A stretch of 46,646 nt of DNA from a virus (lineage: Duplodnaviria; Caudoviricetes): positions 1 to 46,646 of the IMG/VR virus record IMGVR_UViG_3300048851_000078; one strand, written 5' to 3'. Shown here in pieces: positions 24,913 through 35,645 of this stretch (positions are counted from its first letter, which is position 1; every line of letters starts with the position of its first letter). The notes below the pieces were generated by a model. That model worked only from the letters and a program-made list of their open reading frames with translations. It had not been told where the DNA came from and did no database searches. The position numbers and the translations under genes are program-made.

Positions 24913-26529
24913 ATGGCTTGGTGGACACGTACCACACCAGAAGAGCGGGTGGTGCGTGAGGCCACGCGTGCCATCTCCGGTCTGGTGCAGAGCCAACCCC
25001 GTGCTCAAGGCGGTGGAGGAGGCAGCGAAACGCGCTGGCGGGGCGCCTCGCGCATGCTTCGAAGCATGTCGAGCTGGATACCTTTCCTCGGCAGCCCGAA
25101 CCGAGACCTGAGTTCACCGGAGCGTAAAACGCTGGTCGCGCGATCACGCGATGCAATGCGTAACCACCTCATCGCCCGCGCCGCTATTGTCCGAACACGC
25201 ACGAACGTGGTTGGCACCGGCCTTATCTGTCGACCTCAGGTCGACCACGTCGCATTGGGCCTGAGTGAAGAGCAGGCCGATGAATTCAACGCCATGGTGC
25301 AGCGGGAGTGGGAGCTGTACGCCGGCGATCCGCGCGAGTGTGATGCGGAGGCGACGCTCAATCACTACCAGCAGCAGGCGCTCGCTCTCGTATCTGCGAT
25401 GACCGGCGGGGACTGCTTCGTCGCGACGCCATGGGTAGAGCGGCCGGGCACGATCTACAACACCCGGCTGCAGCTGATCGAGACGGACCGAGTCTCCAAC
25501 CCACACGGGGCTCCCGACAACGAGCGCATGGTGGAGGGCATTGAGTTCGACGATTTTGGCGCGCCGGTTGCGGCCTACATCTGCAACGGTTATCCCGATG
25601 ACAAGTTTCTCAAATACCCTCTCCGCTGGGACCGTATAGAGTTTTTTGGCGCCAAAACAGGACGTCGCCGGCTGCTGCAGATCTGGTGTGACAAGGAACG
25701 GCCTGGGCTGAAGCGCGGCGCGCCCTACCTGGCACCGATCCTTGAGCCACTGCAAAAGCTCGAGCGTTACGCGAGTGCCGAGCTGATGGCGGCAGTCATC
25801 TCCGCGATGTTCACCGTGTTCATCAAGAAAGGTGACAATTTCAGCGGCGGCGGCCAGGGCCAGCCCATCTTTGGCGACGAGGATGGGAGCGTTGGCGGCG
25901 ACGTCGGACCGGCTCCGCTGGAGTTGGGCGAGGGTGCGATCGTGGACCTGGCCCCGGGCGAGGAGCCAATGATTGCAAACCCAGCCCGCCCGAACGCCCA
26001 GTTCGACCCGTTCTTCACTGCGATCGTCAAAGAGATCGGCGCCGCGTTGGAACTACCGCTCGAGGAGTTGATGCTGCACTACAGCAGCAGCTACAGCGCC
26101 GCGCGCGCCGCCATGTTGCAAGCCTGGCGGTTCTACACAATGCGTCGCTGGTGGCTTGTCTGCGATTTCTGCCAGCCAAGCTACGAACTGATGTTCGATG
26201 AGGCCGTGGCGGCCGGGCGCATTCATGCACCTGGCTATCACGACCCGGCAATGCGCCGGGCCTATACGCAAGCCATCTGGATCGGGCCGGCCCGCGGCGC
26301 TATCGACGAGCTCAAGGAAGCGAAGGCGGCGCGCGAACGCATCGACGTCGGGATCAGCAACGAAACGATGGAGACAGCGGCCATGACCGGCGAGACCTGG
26401 CAGCAGGTCAACCGGCAGCGCGCCCGCGAGTTGAAGCAGCGGCGCGACAACGGTACGGCGGTGGTTGACGCCGCGCCAGCCGCTTCAGCCAAACCTGAAC
26501 AGCCAGAGCTACCTGATGAAGAGGAGTAA
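24913..26529 (+). CDS. Portal protein, lambda family
   Basis: 'LVARSRDAMRN', 'RG.P.LAP', 'SYSAARAAML', 'IDELKEA'. Confidence 0.93.
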   Translation: MAWWTRTTPEERVVREATRAISGLVQSQPRAQGGGGGSETRWRGASRMLRSMSSWIPFLGSPNRDLSSPERKTLVARSRDAMRNHLIARAAIVRTRTNVVGTGLICRPQVDHVALGLSEEQADEFNAMVQREWELYAGDPRECDAEATLNHYQQQALALVSAMTGGDCFVATPWVERPGTIYNTRLQLIETDRVSNPHGAPDNERMVEGIEFDDFGAPVAAYICNGYPDDKFLKYPLRWDRIEFFGAKTGRRRLLQIWCDKERPGLKRGAPYLAPILEPLQKLERYASAELMAAVISAMFTVFIKKGDNFSGGGQGQPIFGDEDGSVGGDVGPAPLELGEGAIVDLAPGEEPMIANPARPNAQFDPFFTAIVKEIGAALELPLEELMLHYSSSYSAARAAMLQAWRFYTMRRWWLVCDFCQPSYELMFDEAVAAGRIHAPGYHDPAMRRAYTQAIWIGPARGAIDELKEAKAARERIDVGISNETMETAAMTGETWQQVNRQRARELKQRRDNGTAVVDAAPAASAKPEQPELPDEEE

Positions 26530-26531
26530 TC

Positions 26532-27749
26532 ATGCCAAGAGCCTTTGAGCTGGCCAGCGCTCAGCCCTGGCTGATGCTTCCAGATGCGCTGGACAATTTG
26601 CTGTCGATCGCGGACCGCCAAAACAATCTGGAGGCGCTGGAAACACGCCTCGGCCGACAGCTTGACCACACCCATACGGTGACGCAGCGCGGAAACGTCG
26701 CAATCATCCCAGTCACCGGTCCGATCTTCCGATACGCGTCGTTCTTCACGCGTATCAGCGGTGCGACCAGTACAGGAAACATTGCAACTGACCTGCAGGC
26801 CGCGCTGGATAACCCTGCCATCCGCTCCATCGTGTTGAACATCGACAGCCCGGGCGGCGAAGCCAATGGGATCAACGAGCTTGCGGACATGATCCACGCT
26901 GCTCGCGACAAAAAACGCATCGTGGCGTACGTCGGCGGTAGCGGCGCAAGCGCGGCTTATTGGATCGCCAGCGCTGCGAGTGAAGTTGTTGTCGATGCGA
27001 CCGCGCTGCTCGGGTCCATCGGCGTCGTGCTGAACGTGTCCGTCTCCAAGGAGAAGGACGGTCAGAAAAGCTACGAGATTGTCAGCGGTACCGCGCCAAA
27101 CAAGCGGCCTAACGTCGAGACCGACGAAGGCCGGGCTGAAATCGCGAAGACAGTGGACGCCCTCGCTAACGTCTTCGTGACCAAAGTCGCCCGCAACCTG
27201 AACGTCTCTGCTGACAAGGTCCCCGAAATGGGCGGCCACGGCGGCCTGAAGGTGGGCGCGGAAGCCGTTGCATCTGGGCTGGCGCATCGCGTTGGCTCGC
27301 TTGAATCAGTTATTGCCGAGTTGGCCGGTCCTGCCAGCAACCCACCGAGGAAACCCCTTGTGACTACTGTAAAAACCACGGCGGAGCTGCATGCGGCTAT
27401 CGAGGCCGGCACCGACCCCAAGACCATCACCATTGCTACTGCAGAGCAGGTGGATACCGTTGCTCTGGCCGCGGCGGCGACCGCCAGCGAAAAGGCCCGC
27501 ATCCTGGGTATCCAGGCGCTGGGCGTCAAAGGCTTCGAAACCGAGATGCAGGCCGCAATCGACGGCGGTCTGTCTGTTGACGCGGCGGGCATGAGCCTTT
27601 TCAAGGCTGCGCAAGATCGCGGCGTGACGCTGGACAGCATTCAGCGTGATTCCAAGACAGCGGCCGCTGCAGTTGCGTCTGCTGGCAAGGGCAAACAAGA
27701 ATTCTCAACCAAGTCCATCTGGGCTAATCGCAAAGGGGCGAAAGCATGA
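26532..27749 (+). CDS. S49 head maturation protease (gpC-like) with nested C-terminal scaffold
   Basis: 'LNIDSPGG', 'ASAAYWIASAA', 'GSIGV'; in-frame GTG 27360 with GAGG. Confidence 0.92.
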   Translation: MPRAFELASAQPWLMLPDALDNLLSIADRQNNLEALETRLGRQLDHTHTVTQRGNVAIIPVTGPIFRYASFFTRISGATSTGNIATDLQAALDNPAIRSIVLNIDSPGGEANGINELADMIHAARDKKRIVAYVGGSGASAAYWIASAASEVVVDATALLGSIGVVLNVSVSKEKDGQKSYEIVSGTAPNKRPNVETDEGRAEIAKTVDALANVFVTKVARNLNVSADKVPEMGGHGGLKVGAEAVASGLAHRVGSLESVIAELAGPASNPPRKPLVTTVKTTAELHAAIEAGTDPKTITIATAEQVDTVALAAAATASEKARILGIQALGVKGFETEMQAAIDGGLSVDAAGMSLFKAAQDRGVTLDSIQRDSKTAAAAVASAGKGKQEFSTKSIWANRKGAKA

Positions 27750-28096
27750 ACTTCGACACTGTAATTCAGGGCGCCCGGACCGCCGCGTTTCTGCTCAACG
27801 AAGCGAATGGCGAGCGCTCCCGCGAACAAATCATCCTGCTGAAGGGCAATACCGCCTTTGAAGCCGGCCAGATTCTGTCGAAGAACGCTGCGGGCAAGTA
27901 CGTCGCATTCGTTGCGCCGGCCGATGGCGCTGCGGTCAACGTCGCGATCCTTTACGAAGGCCGTGCTGCTGATACAACCGCCGACCGCTACGCCGCTGGT
28001 GTGGTGCGCGACTGCGAGGTGATCGAAAGCCTGCTGATCGGCCTGACTGACCCGGCCCGTACCGCCCTGGCCGCTGCTGGCATCATCCTTCGCTGA
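27746..28096 (+). CDS. Head decoration protein (gpD-like)
   Basis: 'FLL.EANG.RSRE.I..AG.IL..ALAAAGIILR'; lies between protease and capsid. Confidence 0.85.
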   Translation: MNFDTVIQGARTAAFLLNEANGERSREQIILLKGNTAFEAGQILSKNAAGKYVAFVAPADGAAVNVAILYEGRAADTTADRYAAGVVRDCEVIESLLIGLTDPARTALAAAGIILR

Positions 28097-28120
28097 TTCA
28101 CACACCACCCGATTAAAACA

Positions 28121-28141
28121 GACCGCCGTTGGCGGTTTTTT
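28121..28141 (+). terminator. Terminator-like hairpin before the major capsid gene
   Basis: ACCGCC-gtt-GGCGGT followed by T-run. Confidence 0.65.
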
Positions 28142-28158
28142 CGTTTCTGGAGAACGGA

Positions 28159-29163
28159 ATGGCTGATTTGAGTATTTTCGCGGGCGACGAGTTTGGTCGC
28201 ATCGCAATGACCACCGCCATCAACCAGCCGGTTGAAGGCCAAGCGGTGCCCACGCGCCTCGACACGCTGTTCGAAGAAGAGGGCGTGACCACTACGGCCG
28301 TTTTCATCGAGCGCGAAAACGACAACCTGACTCTGGTGCCCGCCGCCGAGCGCGGGGCGCCAAGCGATCCAACCACGGGCCCGGGCCGGGATATGATCCC
28401 GTTCCAGACCATCCACCTGCCTACCCGGGCGGTGGTACGTGCCGACGAGGTCCAGGGCATCCGCGCCTTCGGCACCGAAAGCGAACTGGAAACCGTGCAG
28501 GCCATGGTTGATAAGCGCCTGCTGAAGATGCGCAAGCGCCTCGAGGCAACCATCCGCTATCAGCGCGTGGGCGCCATCACTGGCAAGGTCTACGACGCGG
28601 ACGGTACTCGCGTCCTGCTGGACCTTTACGCACGCTTCGGTATCGAGCAGCAGACCGTGGCGTTCAACATGAACGTCAACGAAACCAAGCTGCTGGCGAA
28701 AGTCACCGACGCCAAGCGCAAGGCCGAAGACGCCATCGGCGGAACCGGCATCATCGCGGGCTGGCTGGGTATCGCGGGCCGTAACTGGTTCGACTCGTTC
28801 ACCAATCACGACTCGGTTCAGAAGGCTTTCGATCGCTGGAACGACGGCCAATTCTTGCGCGACGACCATCGCCGCGACGGCTTCAGCTTCGGCGGCGTCA
28901 ACTGGGAAGAGTTCTACGGCAACTTGGGCGGCACCCTGTTCATGGACCCGGACACCGCGTACCTGGTGCCGGTGGGTGTGGACGGCCTGTTCATCACCAA
29001 CTTCGCTCCGGCTGACTACATGGAGACGGTTAACACCACCGGTGTGCCGTTCTACGCGAGCCAGGAACCGCTGCGCCACAACAAGGGCATCGACATGGAA
29101 GCGCAGAGCAACCCGCTCAGCCTGTGCACCCTGCCGCGCGCGATCATCAAGCTGACCAAGTGA
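28159..29163 (+). CDS. Major capsid protein (lambda gpE family)
   Basis: 'LFEEEGVTTT', 'FAPADYMETVNT.G.PFY', 'EAQSNPL'; GGAG RBS. Confidence 0.93.
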   Translation: MADLSIFAGDEFGRIAMTTAINQPVEGQAVPTRLDTLFEEEGVTTTAVFIERENDNLTLVPAAERGAPSDPTTGPGRDMIPFQTIHLPTRAVVRADEVQGIRAFGTESELETVQAMVDKRLLKMRKRLEATIRYQRVGAITGKVYDADGTRVLLDLYARFGIEQQTVAFNMNVNETKLLAKVTDAKRKAEDAIGGTGIIAGWLGIAGRNWFDSFTNHDSVQKAFDRWNDGQFLRDDHRRDGFSFGGVNWEEFYGNLGGTLFMDPDTAYLVPVGVDGLFITNFAPADYMETVNTTGVPFYASQEPLRHNKGIDMEAQSNPLSLCTLPRAIIKLTK

Positions 29164-29486
29164 TGAGCGGCTCAGAGTTCGACGACATCTTCGAAGATGC
29201 GGACGATGAGCTGTTCGAGGTGTTCGGCAACAGGGGTGGCGTTTCCTTCCAGGCCAAGGATGGCGGCCTTTGTGGAGTCGTTGGCGGTGTGATCCAGAAG
29301 AACGTCGGTTCCCCCAACGGCGAAACCTTCGTCGTGGTGGCGCTGGCCGTGGATCTGCGCGTCAGCGAAGTGCCAGACCCGCAGCGCGGTGACCTGGTCA
29401 CCGTCAACTGCCTCCGGTACGTCCTGGGCGACTTTCTGGGTACGGACGGCAAGATCAACCGCTACTCACTGCAACCGGTGGACTGA
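29163..29486 (+). CDS. Head-tail joining protein (FII-like)
   Basis: Position after the capsid gene, size, 'P.RGD.VTV' beta motif. Confidence 0.65.
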   Translation: MSGSEFDDIFEDADDELFEVFGNRGGVSFQAKDGGLCGVVGGVIQKNVGSPNGETFVVVALAVDLRVSEVPDPQRGDLVTVNCLRYVLGDFLGTDGKINRYSLQPVD

Positions 29487-29959
29487 TGGCCCCAAACCTG
29501 CTGAGCGCGGGCCGCAAGGCTCTTATCGACCGCCTGACCACGATCTCCGTGAGCAACGGCTACCGAACCGCGGCTGGTCCGAACACGCGTTCTGGCTGGT
29601 TCAACGAAGTGCTCAAAGAAAACAACGTCGGCTTCCCGCTGATCGTCGTTCAGAAAGCCAAGGGTATGGCGCCTGTCGCCGGGCCTCATGCCTTGAAGAT
29701 CATGCAAGGCTTCAACGTCATCGGCGCCGTCAAGGCGGGGCTCGATGGCTACGAGGACGCGATTGAAGAGCTGGAGCACGACCTGCTTCTTTGCCTGATG
29801 CCGACCATTGGAGTTTTGCCGCATTGGCTCCCACGCGGCGTCACTGGCATCACCATCGGTGCGCCCGAGGCCTTCCCTCCCGCAGAAGGGGTAAGCGCCG
29901 CAACCGTGCTCATCCCTGTTCACCTTCACACAATCATTCAGGTGCAACCCAATGCCTAA
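29486..29959 (+). CDS. Tail terminator-like protein
   Basis: 'RL.TIS..NGY.T' N-terminus; synteny before the major tail gene. Confidence 0.6.
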   Translation: MAPNLLSAGRKALIDRLTTISVSNGYRTAAGPNTRSGWFNEVLKENNVGFPLIVVQKAKGMAPVAGPHALKIMQGFNVIGAVKAGLDGYEDAIEELEHDLLLCLMPTIGVLPHWLPRGVTGITIGAPEAFPPAEGVSAATVLIPVHLHTIIQVQPNA

Positions 29960-30158
29960 AGACGAAATCGTGACGGCTCCGGCCGCCGCGGGCGAGCCAG
30001 CAGAGCGTTCCGTCCCCCGGTTCGAAGTCGAGCTGCTCAAGCCTCACACCCATGCCGGTCAAGATCTCCTGCCGGGCGCCAAAATCAAAATCACCGCTGA
30101 GCAGCGCACCTGGTTGAAAAGCCTGGGTGTCGTCGCCGGCGAAACCCCGGAGAAGTAA
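29952..30158 (+). CDS. Small virion-associated hypothetical protein
   Basis: 'VELLKPHTHAG....PG.KI....WL...G' small phage motif. Confidence 0.65.
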   Translation: MPKDEIVTAPAAAGEPAERSVPRFEVELLKPHTHAGQDLLPGAKIKITAEQRTWLKSLGVVAGETPEK

Positions 30159-30161
30159 AAC

Positions 30162-30911
30162 ATGGCACGCGAAATTGAAACGTTCGTTGTGGGTGGTCTG
30201 GTCAAGATGCGTCTCTACGGCGTCGGCGGTCCATTCCTGCCGGTAGGCCTGGTTTCGACGTTGCAGCAGGCAATTGAAAAGTCCGACATCACCCTCGCCG
30301 ACACCACCAGTCCTCAGGGCGGTGAGTACGATGCGATCAGCCGCATCACGAGCATGGCGCTGACCATGAACTGGCGGGAGCTGTACACCTCCAACCTCGC
30401 GGCCATGTACTGGGGCGACGTGACCAAGGTTCCCGCGACCACGGTGACTGATGAGACCCACACCGCCTCCAAGGGCGGCACGATCCTACTGGCCAAGATG
30501 CCATTGACCATCACCTCCGTCACCGCTGCAGCTGGCAACACCGCCTATGTCGACGGTGACGATTACCAGATGACTGGCGCTGGCATCGAAGTGCTTGAGG
30601 CCGGGGCGATCGCTGAAGCGGCCGAGCTGAAGATCACCTACAGCGCTGCTGCGGTAGATGTGATCGAGGCGTTGACCAACAGCGGCAAGATTTACGAAAT
30701 TCTCTTCGAGGGCGCAAACGGTGCTGGCACCAAACAGCGTCTGAACCTTCAATACTTCCGCTGCCAGCTGAGCCCGGCCGCAAGCACCGACTGGATCAGC
30801 ACTGATGACTTCATGGGCGCCGAGGTCACTGCGAAAGTGCTCTCTGACCCTGCGAAGGTCGGCGCGGGCAAGTCGAAATACATGAAGATCATGAAGGAAG
30901 TGACCGCCTGA
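30162..30911 (+). CDS. Major tail (tube) protein
   Basis: 249 aa, strongly biased codons, upstream of chaperone and tape measure; followed by a perfect 12-bp hairpin at 30926-30954. Confidence 0.85.
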   Translation: MAREIETFVVGGLVKMRLYGVGGPFLPVGLVSTLQQAIEKSDITLADTTSPQGGEYDAISRITSMALTMNWRELYTSNLAAMYWGDVTKVPATTVTDETHTASKGGTILLAKMPLTITSVTAAAGNTAYVDGDDYQMTGAGIEVLEAGAIAEAAELKITYSAAAVDVIEALTNSGKIYEILFEGANGAGTKQRLNLQYFRCQLSPAASTDWISTDDFMGAEVTAKVLSDPAKVGAGKSKYMKIMKEVTA

Positions 30912-30969
30912 TCTGATTTTCACTTAACCGGACAGCCATCGCGGCTGTCCGGTTTCCGCGAGGCTGCAA

Positions 30970-31284
30970 ATGATTCAACAGACGAATTCGAAAGAGCTGC
31001 AGATCGGAGAGTTGCGTGTCATCTGTCGGGAGCTGACGGTGATGCAAGTGCGAAAATGGCTCGAGGATGCAGGCCAGACCCAGTCCTTGGACATCGTCTC
31101 TTCAGCGCTATTCCCGGAGTGCACCCTTGACGACCTGATGCGCATGACAGATTTGACTGCTGATGCGGTTGACCAGCTACGCCCATCGCAGGTTGAGACG
31201 GTGATCTGTCTCTGCAAGGAGCTCAACCCCCATTTTTTCGCTCTTCTGGGGAGGCTGACCGGTGCTCTCCAAAGCAAAGCCTGA
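30970..31284 (+). CDS. Tail assembly chaperone (gpG-like); -1 frameshift at 31233-31239 gives a GT-like product ending 31388
   Basis: 'ELNPHFF' with T TTT TTC slippery site; -1 frame open to TGA at 31386-31388. Confidence 0.85.
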   Translation: MIQQTNSKELQIGELRVICRELTVMQVRKWLEDAGQTQSLDIVSSALFPECTLDDLMRMTDLTADAVDQLRPSQVETVICLCKELNPHFFALLGRLTGALQSKA

Positions 31285-31394
31285 GAAACCTCGATGAGGT
31301 CCTCAACGCCCTAGTTCGCCTGGGACACGTCAACGCCCTTTATTACCCTTGGTCCTATTACAGAGCTGCGATCGCCGCCGCTAAGTGAGCCCCC

Positions 31395-34300
31395 GTGCAA
31401 AGTATTGAACTGAAGGTCACCGCTGACATTGATTCTGCAACCAAGAACGTGGGCGGTTTCCGTAAGGAATATGCGGAGATGGTGCGTGCGGTGGAGAGGC
31501 CGCTGCGTCAGGTGAACTCCTTCCGAGACCTGGAGAGCGTGGTTGAGAAAACCGGTAAGAGCATCACAGCGGCGCGGGAGGCTGTCCGCTCGTTCGGTGA
31601 CCAGCTTGCTGCGACGGCGGCGCCCAGCCGTCAGCTGCAGACGGAATACCGCGACTCTGTAAACCAGCTCAAGATTCTGGAGCGGCAGGAGCAGAGCCAA
31701 ACCGCTCAGCTGTCGCGCATGCGCAAGGAGCTGCAGGCCGCAGGCGTCGACACGCGGAACCTGGCGGCAGAGCAGCGGCGCCTCCAAGGCGATCTGTCTC
31801 AGAAGCTTGGGGTGGGTCAGCGAGACAAAAGCATCCAGGATGCCCAGGCAAATCTGGGCATCGCGAAGTTCTCCAACACCAGTGCGGAGATCGCGCGGCT
31901 GCAGTCTGACTTTCAGCTGCTCCGTTCTACCGGCAAGCTGTCCACCACTGAAATTGCCATCGCACAAAACACCCTGCGCCAGAGCATCGCCGCCGCTTCA
32001 TCGCAGACTGCGCAACTGACCGGTGCAACCAAGGCGTGGAGCGCCAGCCTCGGGGACGTCAGAACGCAGATCCTCGCAGGTGCAGCGGCGTTTGGCGGCT
32101 TTGCGCTGGTGGCAACTCGCTCTTTTTCCACGTTCGCCAGTTTCCAGCAGCAAATCGCGGCCATTAACTCCATCACCGACCTGACGCAGAGTCAGCTGCA
32201 GGGGTTGTCTGGCGGCATCCGAACGCTGAGCAGGGACATGGGCAAGTCGGCTACTGAAAGCGCTGCTGCGGTGTATGACTTGCTCGGCAGCGGGGTGGCC
32301 ACCGCTGACGCCATGGACGTTCTCGCGCTGTCGACCAAGGCTGCCGTGGCGGGCATGAGTGAGACCAAGACTGCTGCTGGTGTCGGTGTGTCGATCATCA
32401 ATGCTTACGGCGAGAGCATGTCCAATCTCGGACTGCGCTACGACCAGTTGTTCGTCGCGATTCAGGACGGTGTGGTGAGCTTCGACCAGCTCGCGGCCGG
32501 GCTTGGCCAGGTCCTACCGACAGCAGCCGCGGCCGGTGTGAGCTTCGGCGAGGTGGGGGCCGCGATTGCCCGGATGACCGTACAAGGCATTCAAGCGCCA
32601 ATTGCGATCACCGCTCTGCGCAGCGCGATTAATCAGCTAGCGTCCCCAGCGGTTGAGGCAAGGAAGGCGATGGCCGGCCTGGGCATTGAATGGAAAGGGC
32701 TCTCGTCGACGCTCCAGCAGATCGCTAACAAGAAGTTGGGGTTCGACTCTCTTGCCCAGATTATTCCAGAGACCGAAGGCCGGACGGCAATCCTTGCGCT
32801 CACCAAGGACTACGCCGGGTTTGCCGCCGAGGTGAAAAAGATGGAGGGAGCCGCCGGCGCGACCGAGCGGGCTTACAACATCATGAAAGAGACGCCCCAG
32901 GCGCAGGTGGACAAGTTCAACGCAGCGCTGGGGGATCTGAGCAACTCATTCGGCCAGGCGGTGGCGGCTGGGCTCCCGTTGATTGGTCTGCTCCGTGACA
33001 TGCTCAACGCCTTCAACGGCCTGAGCGATCCGGTTAAAACCAATATCCTGACGTTTGTTGCATTCGGGGTCGGGGCCAAAGCGGTGGGAGCCGCTATCTC
33101 CGCGGCCCGATTGGCCTTTGGCCTGCTGTCTGGCGGCGCCGCCGGAGCGGCCGCGCAGCTTGGTGTGGCAGGGGCGGCAATGGATGGCGTGGGCGGGAAG
33201 GCGACAAAACTGAACGGGATTCTCAGTGGCGCTGCCGGTGGTCTGTTGCGCGGCGGGCTCTATGGGGTTGTCATCTCTCAGCTGGCCGAGCTTTACGGCT
33301 TGTATCAGCAGATGGAAGAGCTGGAGCAGGCGCAGAAGGACCAGAAGAAGGCGACTGCCGACCTCATCACCAAGAATCAGGAGTATCAGGCGACTCTGAT
33401 CGCCACGCCGCAGGCCCTGGCCAACATGACGGCGCAGGAGCGGAAGAGCTATCAGGACCGCCTCAAAGCGGCCCAGACGTATTACTCGGCGCTGTCGCAG
33501 CAGATATCGCGCGCGGACACTGAAAAGAACGGCCCCACTGCGGCAGTCAGCACCGAAGCTATGGACGCCTTCAGAAAATCGCGCGAGTACGGCAAGGCCC
33601 TTGAGCAAGAGACTTCTTACGAGCAGGCCCGAATCAACGCCGCGGCGCAGAACAGCAAAGCGCTGACAGATGTCCAGAAAAAGCTGACGGATGATACGAA
33701 GGCCGCGCTCGCCAAGCAGGTTCAGGCACAGCGCGCAGCTGTATCCGATATCAAAAAAGCTCAGAAAGAACACCTCGACACTCAAAAGAAATACGCCCAA
33801 GCACTGGCGGATCTCAACTCCGGTACCGGCGAATCTGACGCAAGCTATGGAAAGGCTGAAGCTCTGAAGGTGGGGGCGAAGAAGGCCCTCGATAATGGGG
33901 ATGTGAAGGGCGCGAAGAAACAGGCCGATCAGGCTCTTCAGGTGATTCAAAAGCTGGCTGACAGTGGCGCGAACACGTACGGATTCGCTGGCTTTGTAAA
34001 GCAACTGCAGGCGATCGAGGACGAGGCGGACAAGATCTCGCTGGACAAGGCAGAAGACAGTTTGAAGTCTGCCACTGACAAGGCCGCGCAATTGAAGGCT
34101 GATCTGCAAGAGCTCAAGGTTATTAAAATAACCCCCGAGCTGTCCGACGAAGGCATTGCCAAAGTCAAAAAGCAGATGAGAGATCTTCAGCTGGAACTTG
34201 GTCAGAGCGTGAATCCGTTAGTAGATACGACGGCCCTGCCGCAAGGCACCAACATCGCTGACATGCTCGTCAAAAAGGTCGGTGCCGAGGCGCAGACCCC

Positions 34301-35049
34301 TGGTGCATCGCCGACTCCCGCAACGCCAACGCCCCCAAGTCGACACTGGGAAGCTGAAATATGTGCCCGGTGTCGATAATTACTCACAGCAGACCGTGGG
34401 TGTCGATGTCTCGCCGAAGCTGCCGGCCGATGCAGCGTCTACGATCCAGCGGCAGCTGGATGGCCAGGGCGACATCCCCGTGGATGTTGACCCTGAGGTC
34501 CCGGATATTGATCCCCTCGACGTACCCGTCGAAACCTCTGTAGATGATGGTTCGCTAAGTGATACCCAAAGCCAGATCGCGGCCGTTGCCGAGCAGATGA
34601 AGCGTGTGCTGACCATCCCCGTGACTGTTACTGGAGGGGCAGGGGATGCCGGCTTGGCCGTTGCGAGTAATGACGTGGCGGGCTATGCGGCAGGTGACAT
34701 GGTGAGGGGGCCGGGAACCGGGACCAGCGACTCGATATTGGCGAAGCTCTCCAATGGTGAATTCGTGATGAGGGCTGCTGCTGTGCGTCACTACGGCCCG
34801 GACCTGCTTAGGCAACTCAACAATCGAAGCCTCCCAAGGTTTGCGGAAGGCGGCCAGGTTGGCCCTCGCTTCGTCCCTGATGTCTCAGGGCCTACGCCGG
34901 CGCTGATCGAGCAGTCCAGTCCGGCGGTGCAGCAACCGTTCGCGAACGTCGCACTCTCGATCGGCGGCGAGACGTACAACGTGCAAGCGCCTCAAGAGGA
35001 ATTCCAGCGGATCATTCGAAATCAGCGACTGAAGTTTGGCAAATCGTGA
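31395..35049 (+). pseudogene. Tail tape measure protein, split by a +1 frame break near 34332-34336
   Basis: ORF 31395-34379 has an Ala/Gly-rich TMP core. The TMP C-terminal motif 'GPGTGTSDSI.A.LSNGEFV' lies in the +1 frame ending 35049; removing one C from CCCCC fuses them. Confidence 0.8.
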
Positions 35050-35098
35050 TCGAGCGCCGAATTGATCCTGTTCCGGAGTGAACAACAACCATCAAACC

Positions 35099-35120
35099 AA
35101 CCCGCCTCGGCGGGTTTTTT
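35099..35120 (+). terminator. Terminator between tape measure and tail-tip genes
   Basis: AACCCGCC-tc-GGCGGGTT followed by T-run. Confidence 0.75.
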
Positions 35121-35132
35121 GTTTCCGGAGTA

Positions 35133-35645
35133 ATGATGAGCCTTCCACTGATTACCCTGGGTGGGGTTCCGATCGTTCTCCACGCTGGCGCCCCCGATCA
35201 ATCTGATACGCCTCTGCTTGGCGAGACCGTTATCCGGCTCTCTGGTGGTGAAGGCGTGAAAATGACTCATTGGGGCAAGGCGGCTGGCGCGATAACCGGC
35301 CAGGGGTGGATGCCGCCGGGCCTTGATGGACTGGATTACAGCCAGCCGCTTGAACTGCGGCTGACGTCTCAGGAGTGCATCGTTGGGGAAGGTCAGCTCT
35401 ATACGCTGACAAGCCAGCCCCGACCCGACTCTGAGCCTCGAGCTTTCGCCTTGGTGGGCGCTGATTGGGCCGAGACCGCCTGTGATGTTTTCGACGGCAC
35501 GGCGCAGGTGGGGCAGGTGGTCGGCGCTACGCGGTACATGGTCCAGTGGATGCCAGTCTACCGAGTCTTCGCCAGCAAGCCGCCCAAGTCTCAAAGCTCG
35601 GCACAGTCCACGTTTGGGTGGACGATCAACTGGGAAGAAGTCTGA
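35133..35645 (+). CDS. Tail tip protein (distal tail-like)
   Basis: First gene after TMP, ends 'WTINWEEV'. Confidence 0.7.
   Translation: MMSLPLITLGGVPIVLHAGAPDQSDTPLLGETVIRLSGGEGVKMTHWGKAAGAITGQGWMPPGLDGLDYSQPLELRLTSQECIVGEGQLYTLTSQPRPDSEPRAFALVGADWAETACDVFDGTAQVGQVVGATRYMVQWMPVYRVFASKPPKSQSSAQSTFGWTINWEEV

Noticed and set aside
14088-34109. Long antisense ORFs (e.g. 14088-15059, 26262-27287, 27988-29079, 32946-34109)
   Set aside because: Shadows of GC-rich, codon-biased plus-strand phage genes
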